This document shows, in pieces, positions 7,746-16,526 of a stretch of DNA of 34,942 nucleotides. Every line of letters starts with the position of its first letter. Position 1 is the stretch's first letter. A program made the translations under genes and the position numbers. The DNA is from Candidatus Delongbacteria bacterium (GTDB taxonomy: Bacteria; UBA4055): NCBI GenBank assembly GCA_016937995.1, contig JAFGVM010000081.1:1-34942 (forward strand), given 5' to 3'. The notes below the pieces were generated by a model that saw only the letters and a program-made list of their open reading frames with translations, was not told where the DNA came from and searched no databases.

Positions 7746-10544
7746 ATGCAGAGTAACTACCGGTTTTTATATCTTATAATTCTATTGGTAGGCAGTATTT
7801 TTGCTACAGAAGTGGAGTTGTCAGAGGTAAATGAAATATTAACAAATAAGCACAAAGAGATCGGGAATGGCTTGATAAAAAATGTGCAGATTGCTCCGTT
7901 TAACGAAAATTTAATGAGCTTTGAAGTTCACTATGCGGATGATAAAACCATCAAGTTATTTTTGTATAATATCGAGGAAAAATCAATTTATCAGATCCAG
8001 TCTGCAAACTACTCCACTGGCAAAAAAAGCAAGAAAAGATATTATTTAAAAGATCAGGGTGTATCATGGCATCCAACTGAGAATTGGTTTACATTTTACG
8101 GAAATGGTCATTTGAAAAGAGATCAGTTATTTCTGTGTAAAGTTTTAGTGCCACAACTTATAAACGACTTCTCGGTTAAAGGTTACATGTTAGACATAAG
8201 GGAGAAGAAAAATACAAGGAGCTATTATAAGCAGCCATGTTTTGATTCAGAGGGAAAAAACATATTTTTTTCAAGAAGGATCGAGCTGAAAGATAAAAAA
8301 GCAAGATATAACAGAACGTATAATATCGCTTATATTGAGAATGTTATTTCAAAAGAGGAATCAAATTTTTCAGATATAGAATTTAAAACTGCAGTTGAAA
8401 AGAAATTTGATCAAATTTCTCCGATCTGTTCACCTACTGATCCGAAACTTGTTGCATATATTTCTTACAGGAACATGAAAAAAAGAGGTGGTGAATTCTA
8501 TCCTGATTATTCTTTGAATATCGTGGATATTTCCACCCAGGAAATAGCTGTGGTTGACAAAATGGACGGATATGATGATTACCCGTTCCAATGGAGTCCT
8601 TCAGGTAATTATATATTTTATTACAAGGCACTTTCACTTCTCATGACCAAGCAGGAATTCATTGATGATAAGATGAACGTGTTAAACCTTAAATTCGCAA
8701 AGGTAACGAGAGAAGGCAACACTATTAAAACATTTGTACAGTCCAATCCTAAAAGTGATATATTGCTGGATGACATAACCGGTAAATTTCACGGAATAGC
8801 TTTTTTGAACGATGAAAATATTCTGGTTTCAAAATATGATCCTATGGAAGCAATTACTTTAGTTGATATTCAAAAATGGAAAGATCTGGATAAGAAATAT
8901 TCAACTAAGCTTGATTTTAGTAATGATACGGATTACCCTATACTTGTTGGAAGTAAATTATTTTTTGTTTCTTATGAACTTGTCAATGACAATCTGGTCA
9001 TTGCCGCAAATTTTTCAGATGTGAAGATAAGTCTGCCTGATGGTCAATCAAGGATATTAACTTCAGCTTCTGCGATAGAGGAACAGATAGAGAAGTTCAA
9101 TGCTAAAATTTCTGAACATAATAAAGAAATTGAACCTATAGAAAAAGAATTGTCACAATTACAAAGTTCTCTTGATGCCGAAAATAAAATATTCACTGAA
9201 CTTACATCTCAAAAAGAAAAATTATCTTCCGTCAGGGATACTGAACTAGCTACATTGAACAGTTACAGAGAGAAAAAATCTTCAGGTCTTGAAACAGAAC
9301 AGGAGATAAGTAAACTGGTTACTCAGAAAGCGGAAATAGAAGCTCAAATAAAAAGTAATCAGGAATTAGTTGATGTTGAAAATGAGAAGATAAGAAAATT
9401 ATTACAAAATAAATCATCATTACAAGCTGATAAGAATACATCATTGGAATTGATCGTTCAATATAAGAGTAATCTAGCTGAAGTGTTACTGGCTGAAACA
9501 GAGATAACGACTATAAAGAACAATATAAACAAAGCAAAATTGGAAATTTCAGAAATAGAAAACAGCATGACAAAACTAAATGCTGAAATTGAAGAAGAGA
9601 ACAATCTTAAATCCAAGTTGGAATCAGATCTTGCAGCAAAAAATACTGAGAAAGCCAAAGCACGAGGGAATATAGATAATCTAAAGATCGAAAAAGCTAA
9701 AACTCTTGAATCGGAAGGAATGCTGGCAAGTTTTCAAAATCAGCTAAAAGAATTGAAAACAAAATCAACTAATATAGACAGCGAGATTAAGAAACTTCAG
9801 GATGACTTAAATTCAGAGAACTCTGCTTTAGCAAATAATGAAACTGCTATGAACTCAAAATCAAAAGAAAAAAGTGATCTTATAGCTTCAATTGAAAAAC
9901 TGAATAGAGATAAAACAGCTTCTGAATCCAAAAATATAGAAGAGCAGGTAGCATCATTACAAACAAAGCTTGATCAGTTGAATACTGAATTGGAAAAAAC
10001 GAATGATAAGCTTGGTACTTTTACATCTTTAGTTGCAGAGGAGAATAAAGCACTTGAAACCAGCAGGAAGACTTTAAAGGAGAAAAACGAAGAGAAACTT
10101 ACTTATATTAAAGACATCGAAAATTTAAAAACTGCTAAAGCACAAGCAATTAAAGATGAAACTTTAGCTAAGCAGAAAGAGGAAGAAGAACTTGCTGCAA
10201 AGAAGGAAGCAGAAGAACTTGCTGCAAAGAAGAAAGCAGAAGAACTTGCTGCAAAGAAGAAAGAGGAAGAGGAAAAATTGCGAAAAGAAAAAGAGGCTGC
10301 TGAACTTGTTGCAAAACAAAAGAAGGAAGCTGAAGAACTTGCTGCAAAACAAAAGAAAGAAGCTGAAAATCTTACACAAAAAGATACTGCTACTTCTGAA
10401 GAGGATGAATATTCAGATGATGATGAATACGTTGATGAGGATGAATACGTTGATGAGGATGAATATATAGAAGATGAGGAAGACTACTTTGACAATAATA
10501 CTACAACACCTACAACGTCAGGATCCACAAGGAGAAGAAGATAA
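7746..10544 (+). CDS. Secreted TolB-like beta-propeller with long coiled coil, K/E/A repeats and acidic tail; function unknown
   Basis: Signal peptide; PD40-like motifs (VSWHPTE, PCFDSEG, PICSPTD, FQWSPSG); heptad-rich residues ~445-805; EELAAKK repeats; DEYVDE repeats. Confidence 0.75.
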   Translation: MQSNYRFLYLIILLVGSIFATEVELSEVNEILTNKHKEIGNGLIKNVQIAPFNENLMSFEVHYADDKTIKLFLYNIEEKSIYQIQSANYSTGKKSKKRYYLKDQGVSWHPTENWFTFYGNGHLKRDQLFLCKVLVPQLINDFSVKGYMLDIREKKNTRSYYKQPCFDSEGKNIFFSRRIELKDKKARYNRTYNIAYIENVISKEESNFSDIEFKTAVEKKFDQISPICSPTDPKLVAYISYRNMKKRGGEFYPDYSLNIVDISTQEIAVVDKMDGYDDYPFQWSPSGNYIFYYKALSLLMTKQEFIDDKMNVLNLKFAKVTREGNTIKTFVQSNPKSDILLDDITGKFHGIAFLNDENILVSKYDPMEAITLVDIQKWKDLDKKYSTKLDFSNDTDYPILVGSKLFFVSYELVNDNLVIAANFSDVKISLPDGQSRILTSASAIEEQIEKFNAKISEHNKEIEPIEKELSQLQSSLDAENKIFTELTSQKEKLSSVRDTELATLNSYREKKSSGLETEQEISKLVTQKAEIEAQIKSNQELVDVENEKIRKLLQNKSSLQADKNTSLELIVQYKSNLAEVLLAETEITTIKNNINKAKLEISEIENSMTKLNAEIEEENNLKSKLESDLAAKNTEKAKARGNIDNLKIEKAKTLESEGMLASFQNQLKELKTKSTNIDSEIKKLQDDLNSENSALANNETAMNSKSKEKSDLIASIEKLNRDKTASESKNIEEQVASLQTKLDQLNTELEKTNDKLGTFTSLVAEENKALETSRKTLKEKNEEKLTYIKDIENLKTAKAQAIKDETLAKQKEEEELAAKKEAEELAAKKKAEELAAKKKEEEEKLRKEKEAAELVAKQKKEAEELAAKQKKEAENLTQKDTATSEEDEYSDDDEYVDEDEYVDEDEYIEDEEDYFDNNTTTPTTSGSTRRRR
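10185..10367 (+). repeat. Intragenic tandem repeats: 3x27 bp (EELAAKKxx) and 2x33 bp (ELxAKQKKEAE)
   Basis: GAAGAACTTGCTGCAAAGAAG units start at 10185, 10212 and 10239; 33-bp units at 10302 and 10335. Confidence 0.9.
10404..10475 (+). repeat. Intragenic 4x18 bp repeat (DEYSDD/DEYVDE/DEYVDE/DEYIED)
   Basis: GATGAATACGTTGATGAG exact at 10422 and 10440, variants at 10404 and 10458. Confidence 0.9.
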
Positions 10545-10545
10545 T

Positions 10546-11259
10546 ATGAAACTTACATCATTACGGATATTAATGGTCTTATTCTTTACCTTTATCTTTT
10601 TTTCATGCACTAAAGAGATGAATATCAAAGATATGGGATTTGAGAAAAGTTTTTCAATCGCAAAGAAAAAATATCTAAATGAAAATTATATTCAGGCCCT
10701 TGATGATTTTAATGTATTATTATTGAACTATGGAGGCGAGACCGGTATTGATTCTGTACAATTTCTACTCGCTGATACACATTATAAACTGGGAGAATAT
10801 TATTCCGCATCATACGAGTTCAATAGATTAACCGAAAGTTTCCCAGAATCTAAATTAGCGGAAGAGTCATATTTTAATTCAGCTATGAGCTATAACGAAT
10901 TATCCCCAATATATTCACTTGATCAAAAAGAAACTTTTACAGCTATATCGAAATTTCAATTTTATCTTGATCTTTACCCATTCGGTAAATTTGCTGAGAA
11001 ATCTAATGAACATATAATCCTTTTAAGAGAAAAACTTGCAAAGAAGGAGTTTGAATCGGGCAGATTGTATCTGAAGATGGATCAACCCAGAGCAGCGAAA
11101 CTATATTTTCAAGAGATAATTAACAATTATTACGACACATCATACTATGTTCAATCCTTAAAATTTATAGCAGAAGCATATGATTCGATGAAGGATAATT
11201 ATAACTCACATCTTTTTGAAAAAAAATATGAAGAAGCTTTAAAAGACAATGCCAAGTAG
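10546..11259 (+). CDS. bamD: Outer membrane protein assembly factor BamD
   Basis: Start moved to ATG 10546 (SD AAGGAG upstream, lipobox FFSC); TPR pattern, LSPIYSLDQKET..AISKFQ..YP..LAKKEF..LYLK. Confidence 0.9.
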   Translation: MKLTSLRILMVLFFTFIFFSCTKEMNIKDMGFEKSFSIAKKKYLNENYIQALDDFNVLLLNYGGETGIDSVQFLLADTHYKLGEYYSASYEFNRLTESFPESKLAEESYFNSAMSYNELSPIYSLDQKETFTAISKFQFYLDLYPFGKFAEKSNEHIILLREKLAKKEFESGRLYLKMDQPRAAKLYFQEIINNYYDTSYYVQSLKFIAEAYDSMKDNYNSHLFEKKYEEALKDNAK

Positions 11260-11815
11260 AATAGGAATATTTGGAGGTTCATTTGATCCGGTTCATAATG
11301 GACATTTAATAATTTGTAATTTAATTCGTGAAGAATTAAAATTGGAAAAGATAATATTTGTTCCTGCTTACAGATCACCACATAAGAAAGTAAGTAAATA
11401 TACAAAACCCGATGAAAGATTCGAAATGTTAAAGTTGGCTATTGGAGATAATGAGCACTTCAATATATCTGATTTCGAGATCAAACATAACAGGATGGTT
11501 TACAGTATTGAAACGTTGACTCATTTTAAGGGAATTTATCATGATTGCGAATTGTTCATGATATTAGGTTCAGATTCATACAACAATATTTCAAAGTGGA
11601 AAGATCCTGATAAAATAAAGAATATCGCAAAACTCGTTGTAGCCTCCAGAGATAACATTGTAATTGAAAACGAAGTTATTTGTGCTAATACACCAATTAT
11701 TGAAATATCATCTACAATGATCAGAGATAGAATAAGAAAAAATTTAAGTATTAAATATCTTGTAAATCCCGAAGTTGAACACTATATTTATAAAAAAAAG
11801 TTGTACGCAAATTAA
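11249..11815 (+). CDS. nadD: Nicotinate-nucleotide adenylyltransferase
   Basis: IGIFGGSFDPVHNGH, SPHK, ILGSDS..WK, ISSTMIR. Confidence 0.96.
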   Translation: MPSRIGIFGGSFDPVHNGHLIICNLIREELKLEKIIFVPAYRSPHKKVSKYTKPDERFEMLKLAIGDNEHFNISDFEIKHNRMVYSIETLTHFKGIYHDCELFMILGSDSYNNISKWKDPDKIKNIAKLVVASRDNIVIENEVICANTPIIEISSTMIRDRIRKNLSIKYLVNPEVEHYIYKKKLYAN

Positions 11816-11846
11816 GAAATATCAAGAATTTATTTGGTAGAAGATA

Positions 11847-13211
11847 ATGTCTGAAGAAAAAAATAACAACTCAAAAAGTGGATACAAGGATGTCCTAAAT
11901 AACCGAGAAGGAAGTGAAGGTCCAAGTATATATGGTAGCTTCAGAAAAAGAATCCTCGATGAAAATGAAAAGCAGATATACGATAAGGTTCAGGACGGAG
12001 CTTCAACTGGTTATAATTTTGAAGGAGAAAGTACTTTAGAAGGTGATTATATACGTAAAGTTGATAAGAAAGTTGTCGTTTTGTATGTTGTTATATCAAC
12101 GATCATATTAACCTCTCTCATAATATTCCTTTACAGCTTAATCCCGGGGCCAGAAGATAAATTCAAACAGTACAAATCTTTAAGAGCTGAATTTGAAAAA
12201 TTAAGCGTTAAAATGAGCCAGAAAAGAAAAGAAATTGAAACTATTGTGCTGGAATTAAAATCTAATGAAAAATATAAAGATCTTGAACTTGAAGATTCCG
12301 AAGGCAGCATTCTATCTGATCAGCAGTTGGAAACTCTTTCAGAAAAAGCAGAAACTGAAGATGATAAAGGGATCAAATCCAAGATTAATACTATTGTGCA
12401 AACGGATAAGGAATTAAAAGAGCTTCAGAAGAATATCCAGTCTAAATATAAAGGTCTTGAAGCACCTGAGGTAATGACAGATGAGATCGGCCATGAAGAG
12501 ATAGCACTAAGCTATTTAATAAATACCAAAGGTCTTGATCATACAGAAGCGTTAAATCTGCTGGAAAGTGTCAATATTTTTGATTATGCATATGAGGGAT
12601 TATATGTTTGGAATTTTTATGAGGATGGTTTTTATGGATCATTTATTACAAAGGGTGAAGCCGATAAAACTCCAAATGAAATAAAAAAATTAGCTAAACG
12701 GGCTTTCAAAGCAAGGATTAATGCATTACTTACTGAAAAGCAGAAATTAACTGAAAAGATAGAGATGCTGGAAGCTGAGAACAGAAGAAATAATACTAAT
12801 AAAGAAATCGATGACTCTCCGGTTGTTGAGAAAGAAGATACCGATGATACTCCTGCTGATACATATGAAGAAAAAAATATAGTTGAAGTTAAAGCGATCA
12901 ACTACAAATTACTCAGTTTTGATTACGCTCAAAAGAAAGGTGTAATAACTGAGTCTATGTGGGATGGAGTCAAGCTAAACAATTCAAGAGGAATCGATTA
13001 CGCTTCTAAAGTGGATTTCTCAGTGACCGATAATCTTATAATTAAACCTAAGCAATTTGGTCTTTCAACTTTTACAGAAGTTTATGTTTTCCCGAAAAGT
13101 TTAGTCGCCTCAGGATATATAGACGTGATAAAGAAAAATACAGAATGCAGAATAGAATTTAACGGCCTAGATAATTTGAACGGTAAAAATTTATTGATCA
13201 TTGCAAAGTAG
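11847..13211 (+). CDS. Hypothetical single-pass membrane protein with coiled coils
   Basis: Long ORF; TM segment VVVLYVVISTIILTSLIIFLYSLI; coiled-coil segments flanking a globular YVWNFYEDGFYGSFITKG region. Confidence 0.75.
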   Translation: MSEEKNNNSKSGYKDVLNNREGSEGPSIYGSFRKRILDENEKQIYDKVQDGASTGYNFEGESTLEGDYIRKVDKKVVVLYVVISTIILTSLIIFLYSLIPGPEDKFKQYKSLRAEFEKLSVKMSQKRKEIETIVLELKSNEKYKDLELEDSEGSILSDQQLETLSEKAETEDDKGIKSKINTIVQTDKELKELQKNIQSKYKGLEAPEVMTDEIGHEEIALSYLINTKGLDHTEALNLLESVNIFDYAYEGLYVWNFYEDGFYGSFITKGEADKTPNEIKKLAKRAFKARINALLTEKQKLTEKIEMLEAENRRNNTNKEIDDSPVVEKEDTDDTPADTYEEKNIVEVKAINYKLLSFDYAQKKGVITESMWDGVKLNNSRGIDYASKVDFSVTDNLIIKPKQFGLSTFTEVYVFPKSLVASGYIDVIKKNTECRIEFNGLDNLNGKNLLIIAK

Positions 13212-13234
13212 AATACTTGAATTTACAAAGATAT

Positions 13235-13265
13235 AGCAGCGGATCATTAAATATCCGCTGTTTTT
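13235..13265 (+). terminator. Intrinsic terminator closing the PPIase-bamD-nadD operon
   Basis: GCAGCGGAT-CATTAAAT-ATCCGCTGT followed by T run. Confidence 0.8.
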
Positions 13266-13294
13266 ATTTAAGATTGAATTTAGAGAATGGAATT

Positions 13295-14668
13295 ATGAAA
13301 ATAATATTGATAATACTACTACTGACAAATTCTTTTATTTTTGCAGAAATTCCAGAAAAAGCACTTACATTAGATGATGTTATTGCCATGAGCAGACAGA
13401 GTCTTGATTTTAAAAAAATCAATATCTCAGTTATGGAACTGGAAAGATCGAATGATCAACTGTTTTATTATTATTTCCCTAAACTGGAGATGAATACCTC
13501 TGCAAATTATGACCACTATGCAGATTCATCTAATTCATCACAAAATACTATAATGGGACTAAATTTAACACAGAATTTTATTTTTAACAGTAAACTGTCA
13601 GCAACTTTAAGTGGGACTAATCTGTTCGAAGAAAAGTACAATATGGGCAAAAGATTCAGTGTTTCATTATCAGCTGATATCCATTATAAAATGAAATTAA
13701 TGCAGGAGTATGATACTCAAAAAAGATATAATATGATCCAAAAACTGCAGGTTGATGAAAGTGCAAGGGAGTTCTATTTAAATGTTATAGATCGTTTTTA
13801 CAGTTTATACCGGTCTATTAGTCAATTTGAAATAGAAACAAAAGGCTACGAACTAAGCTTGAAGCATTATAACGAGGGGGTAGCAAAATACAAGGCGGGA
13901 ATCATTCCTGAAGTAGAAATGCTTGACCTTGAGTTGTATCTTCAAAGGAAGGAACTTTCTTTAAAAAGGAGTAAAAACGCTTTGTCTTATGCAAAGGAGG
14001 ATTTCAACCGTTATTTTAATCTGCCCCTTGATTATGAGATCAGAGTGAAGCATGCTTTAGAGGTAGTGGATGAATATTTGATAGATATTCATTCTGATCT
14101 TGAAAAAATATTGAATTCAAATCCTGATCTGTTGATCACCAAGTACAATATAGAAAATAAAAGTGACGAAATCATAGATGTCCATAGATCTAAATCTATA
14201 AAAGGTAATATAGGGGTCAGTTTTTCAACAGAAAGCACAAATACAGATTATGATCTCAATTTTGATGAGAATGCCGGTACCACGTCTTACTATCTTGGTC
14301 TAACTATACCTATATTTGACAAAGGCGAATTTTTTAATTCACTTGATATAGCAAAACTTAACTATAAACTTGCAAAAGAAGAGTATAGAAATAAGGAAAA
14401 AGAATTAGAAAATACACTAAGAGCAAAAGTGCGTACTTTGAATTTGAATTATGAAAATTTAAAGATATCAAAAAAAAGTTTTGAACTATCAGAAAAGATA
14501 TATAATATCTCACAGAAGAGATTTGAGAACGGTTTGATCACATCAAAAGACTTTATACAAAATCAGATTGATTATATGAATAACAAGCAGGACATGATCA
14601 ATAGTGAGATCGATTATATATTGATGGTTTATGAATACAAAAAATTTATCGGGATCGACCTGTTTTGA
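13295..14668 (+). CDS. TolC-family outer membrane efflux protein
   Basis: Start moved to ATG 13295 (signal peptide MKIILIILLL); LTLDDVI, YFPKL, KYKAGII, LTIPIFD, RFENGLITSKDF. Confidence 0.88.
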   Translation: MKIILIILLLTNSFIFAEIPEKALTLDDVIAMSRQSLDFKKINISVMELERSNDQLFYYYFPKLEMNTSANYDHYADSSNSSQNTIMGLNLTQNFIFNSKLSATLSGTNLFEEKYNMGKRFSVSLSADIHYKMKLMQEYDTQKRYNMIQKLQVDESAREFYLNVIDRFYSLYRSISQFEIETKGYELSLKHYNEGVAKYKAGIIPEVEMLDLELYLQRKELSLKRSKNALSYAKEDFNRYFNLPLDYEIRVKHALEVVDEYLIDIHSDLEKILNSNPDLLITKYNIENKSDEIIDVHRSKSIKGNIGVSFSTESTNTDYDLNFDENAGTTSYYLGLTIPIFDKGEFFNSLDIAKLNYKLAKEEYRNKEKELENTLRAKVRTLNLNYENLKISKKSFELSEKIYNISQKRFENGLITSKDFIQNQIDYMNNKQDMINSEIDYILMVYEYKKFIGIDLF

Positions 14669-14676
14669 TTAAACTT

Positions 14677-15816
14677 ATGAAAAATATTGCTAAGAAAGAT
14701 AATTTGATAGAACTTAGAAAATTATTGCATTCTAAAGCTGAACTGTCAGATAATGAGATCAACACTTCAAAGATAATTAATGACTTTATAAAGATTCATG
14801 ATCCGGATGAAATTATATCTTTCAAATACGGGTCAGCATTTGTTTTTGATAGTGGAAATGCAGGTTTAACTGTTGTTTTCAGGGCAGATATGGACGGATT
14901 ACCTATTCATGAGGAAAATGACCATGACCATGTGTCAATGAACGACAATGTATCTCATGCATGCGGACATGACGGTCATATGGCAATATTGTGTGGGTTA
15001 GCTGAAAAAATATCAGCTGATAAACCGGATAAAGGTAAAGTGGTTTTATTATTTCAGCATGCAGAAGAAACCGGAGAAGGTGCCAGATACATCGCAGATC
15101 ACATTAATTTTAGAGAGTTAAAACCGGATCATATTTTCGGTCTGCATAATATCCCCGGTTATAAAAAAGGCAAAATTATCTTTAAAAATGATAATTTCAC
15201 TTCTGCTTCTCGGGGAATAGTATTAGAACTTATTGGTAAAACATCACATGCCAGTGAACCCGAAAAAGGTATAAATCCTGTCTTTGCAATTAAGAAACTT
15301 ATTGAAAGTTTATATGAAATACCGAAGGATCCATGTTTTAAAGGTTTTGCTTTGATAACTTTTGTGTATATAAAACTTGGGGAAATAGCCTTTGGGACTT
15401 CACCTGGATATGCTGAAATTATGATCACTGTAAGATCAGAATTAAATGTTGAAATGGACTTAGTGGTTGAAAAGATAGAAGAAAAGATAAATAATATAAC
15501 TACTGAAGAAAAATTGAAGTATAAAATTTCATATAAAGAAATATTTCCTGTTGTTCATAACGATAATTTATCAAATAAGTTAATTGTTGATGCTGCTAAA
15601 AAAAATAATTTCAGTATCGAGGAATTGACAGACCCTTTCAAATGGTCTGAAGATTTTTCTTACTACACCAATAATTTCAGAGGTGGATATTTTGGTATTG
15701 GATCGGGACTAGATCATCCGGGCCTACATAACAGCGATTATGATTTCCCTGATGATATCATTAATATTGGGGTTGAGATGTTCTATCAGATATATAAATT
15801 AACATTGAAAAATTAA
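14677..15816 (+). CDS. M20D-family amidohydrolase
   Basis: RADMDGLP, HACGHDGH, FQHAEETGEGA, GLHN, SEDF, LHNSDYDF; start may instead be TTG 14665. Confidence 0.92.
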   Translation: MKNIAKKDNLIELRKLLHSKAELSDNEINTSKIINDFIKIHDPDEIISFKYGSAFVFDSGNAGLTVVFRADMDGLPIHEENDHDHVSMNDNVSHACGHDGHMAILCGLAEKISADKPDKGKVVLLFQHAEETGEGARYIADHINFRELKPDHIFGLHNIPGYKKGKIIFKNDNFTSASRGIVLELIGKTSHASEPEKGINPVFAIKKLIESLYEIPKDPCFKGFALITFVYIKLGEIAFGTSPGYAEIMITVRSELNVEMDLVVEKIEEKINNITTEEKLKYKISYKEIFPVVHNDNLSNKLIVDAAKKNNFSIEELTDPFKWSEDFSYYTNNFRGGYFGIGSGLDHPGLHNSDYDFPDDIINIGVEMFYQIYKLTLKN

Positions 15817-15874
15817 GTATCTTTGTTGAAATGATATTGACTGATGAACCTACATATTGAGATGATCTAAGAAC

Positions 15875-15903
15875 TTGACATATCGTGTAAAATGACTTAT
15901 ATT
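15875..15903 (+). promoter_or_regulatory. Putative strong sigma70 promoter
   Basis: TTGACA(15875-15880)-N17-TATATT(15898-15903). Confidence 0.7.
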
Positions 15904-15935
15904 AAAATGGATATACACAAAGGGAAGAGTTGCAG

Positions 15936-16322
15936 ATGAAAAATATAATATTAATAATTCTTATCGTTATAGGGGTTGTTTTAGGCTCAACATCTATATT
16001 GAATTTATCTATTGTAGCTGAAACTAACCTTGTGAAGATCCAGTGGACAACAAATACAGAAACAAATGTTAAACAGTTCATCATAGAGAAGTCATCTGAT
16101 AATGTTAATTTTGAATCGTTCACGGTTGAGACGCCAAAAGGAAGTGCATCATCTTACGCAATTATTGATTCAAATCCTTATTCCAAGAACGCTACACTTT
16201 ATTACAGGGTAGTGGTAGAGGACTATGATGGAACAAAAAACATATCAGAAACAATAAGTGTGACTATCAGTACTGCGGGTATTCCAGCTACTTGGGGAAG
16301 TATCAAAGCAATGTTCAGATAG
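15936..16322 (+). CDS. Small secreted Ig/FN3-like protein with C-terminal TWGSIKAMFR motif
   Basis: Signal peptide; VKIQWTTNTETNVKQFIIEKSSD..F..YAIIDSNP..YYRV..EDYDG pattern; own promoter and terminator. Confidence 0.8.
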   Translation: MKNIILIILIVIGVVLGSTSILNLSIVAETNLVKIQWTTNTETNVKQFIIEKSSDNVNFESFTVETPKGSASSYAIIDSNPYSKNATLYYRVVVEDYDGTKNISETISVTISTAGIPATWGSIKAMFR

Positions 16323-16343
16323 GAGTTCTTTTGTTCGAAATTT

Positions 16344-16366
16344 AGCGAGTTTTACTCGCTTTTTTT
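16344..16366 (+). terminator. Intrinsic terminator
   Basis: AGCGAGT-TTT-ACTCGCT followed by TTTTTT. Confidence 0.85.
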
Positions 16367-16402
16367 ATTTAAAAAAATAAACAGAATAAAAATATAATAT
16401 CC

Positions 16403-16431
16403 TTGCAATTAGACTTAAAATATTATAATAT
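16403..16431 (+). promoter_or_regulatory. Putative promoter of the ruvB-queA operon
   Basis: TTGCAA(16403-16408)-N17-TAATAT; an overlapping TATAAT lies at 16424. Confidence 0.45.
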
Positions 16432-16526
16432 TATATACTTGTAGAGCACTGGTTCAATGCGAATATAATTATGAATTTGTTTACTAGTTGTGCTTGATTC
16501 AGGATTATGTTTTTTAAGAGGATAAT

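Noticed and set aside
10164-10470. Alternative-frame ORFs 10164-10379(-) and 10192-10470(+)
   Set aside because: Shadows of the tandem repeats in the 932-aa gene.
10185-10475. CRISPR array
   Set aside because: Repeats are contiguous, in-frame and coding, with no unique spacers and no cas genes.
13217-13294. Longer TolC N-terminus from the ORF track
   Set aside because: It overlaps a terminator; the signal peptide begins at ATG 13295. The bamD, aminopeptidase and 30092 ORF starts were shortened on similar grounds.
16493-16505. Fourth REP-like copy (CTTGATTCAGGAT)
   Set aside because: Only a half match in reverse orientation with no complementary arm; may be chance.
16440-16526. preQ1 riboswitch upstream of ruvB-queA
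   Set aside because: No preQ1 stem/loop consensus or A-rich 3' tail.
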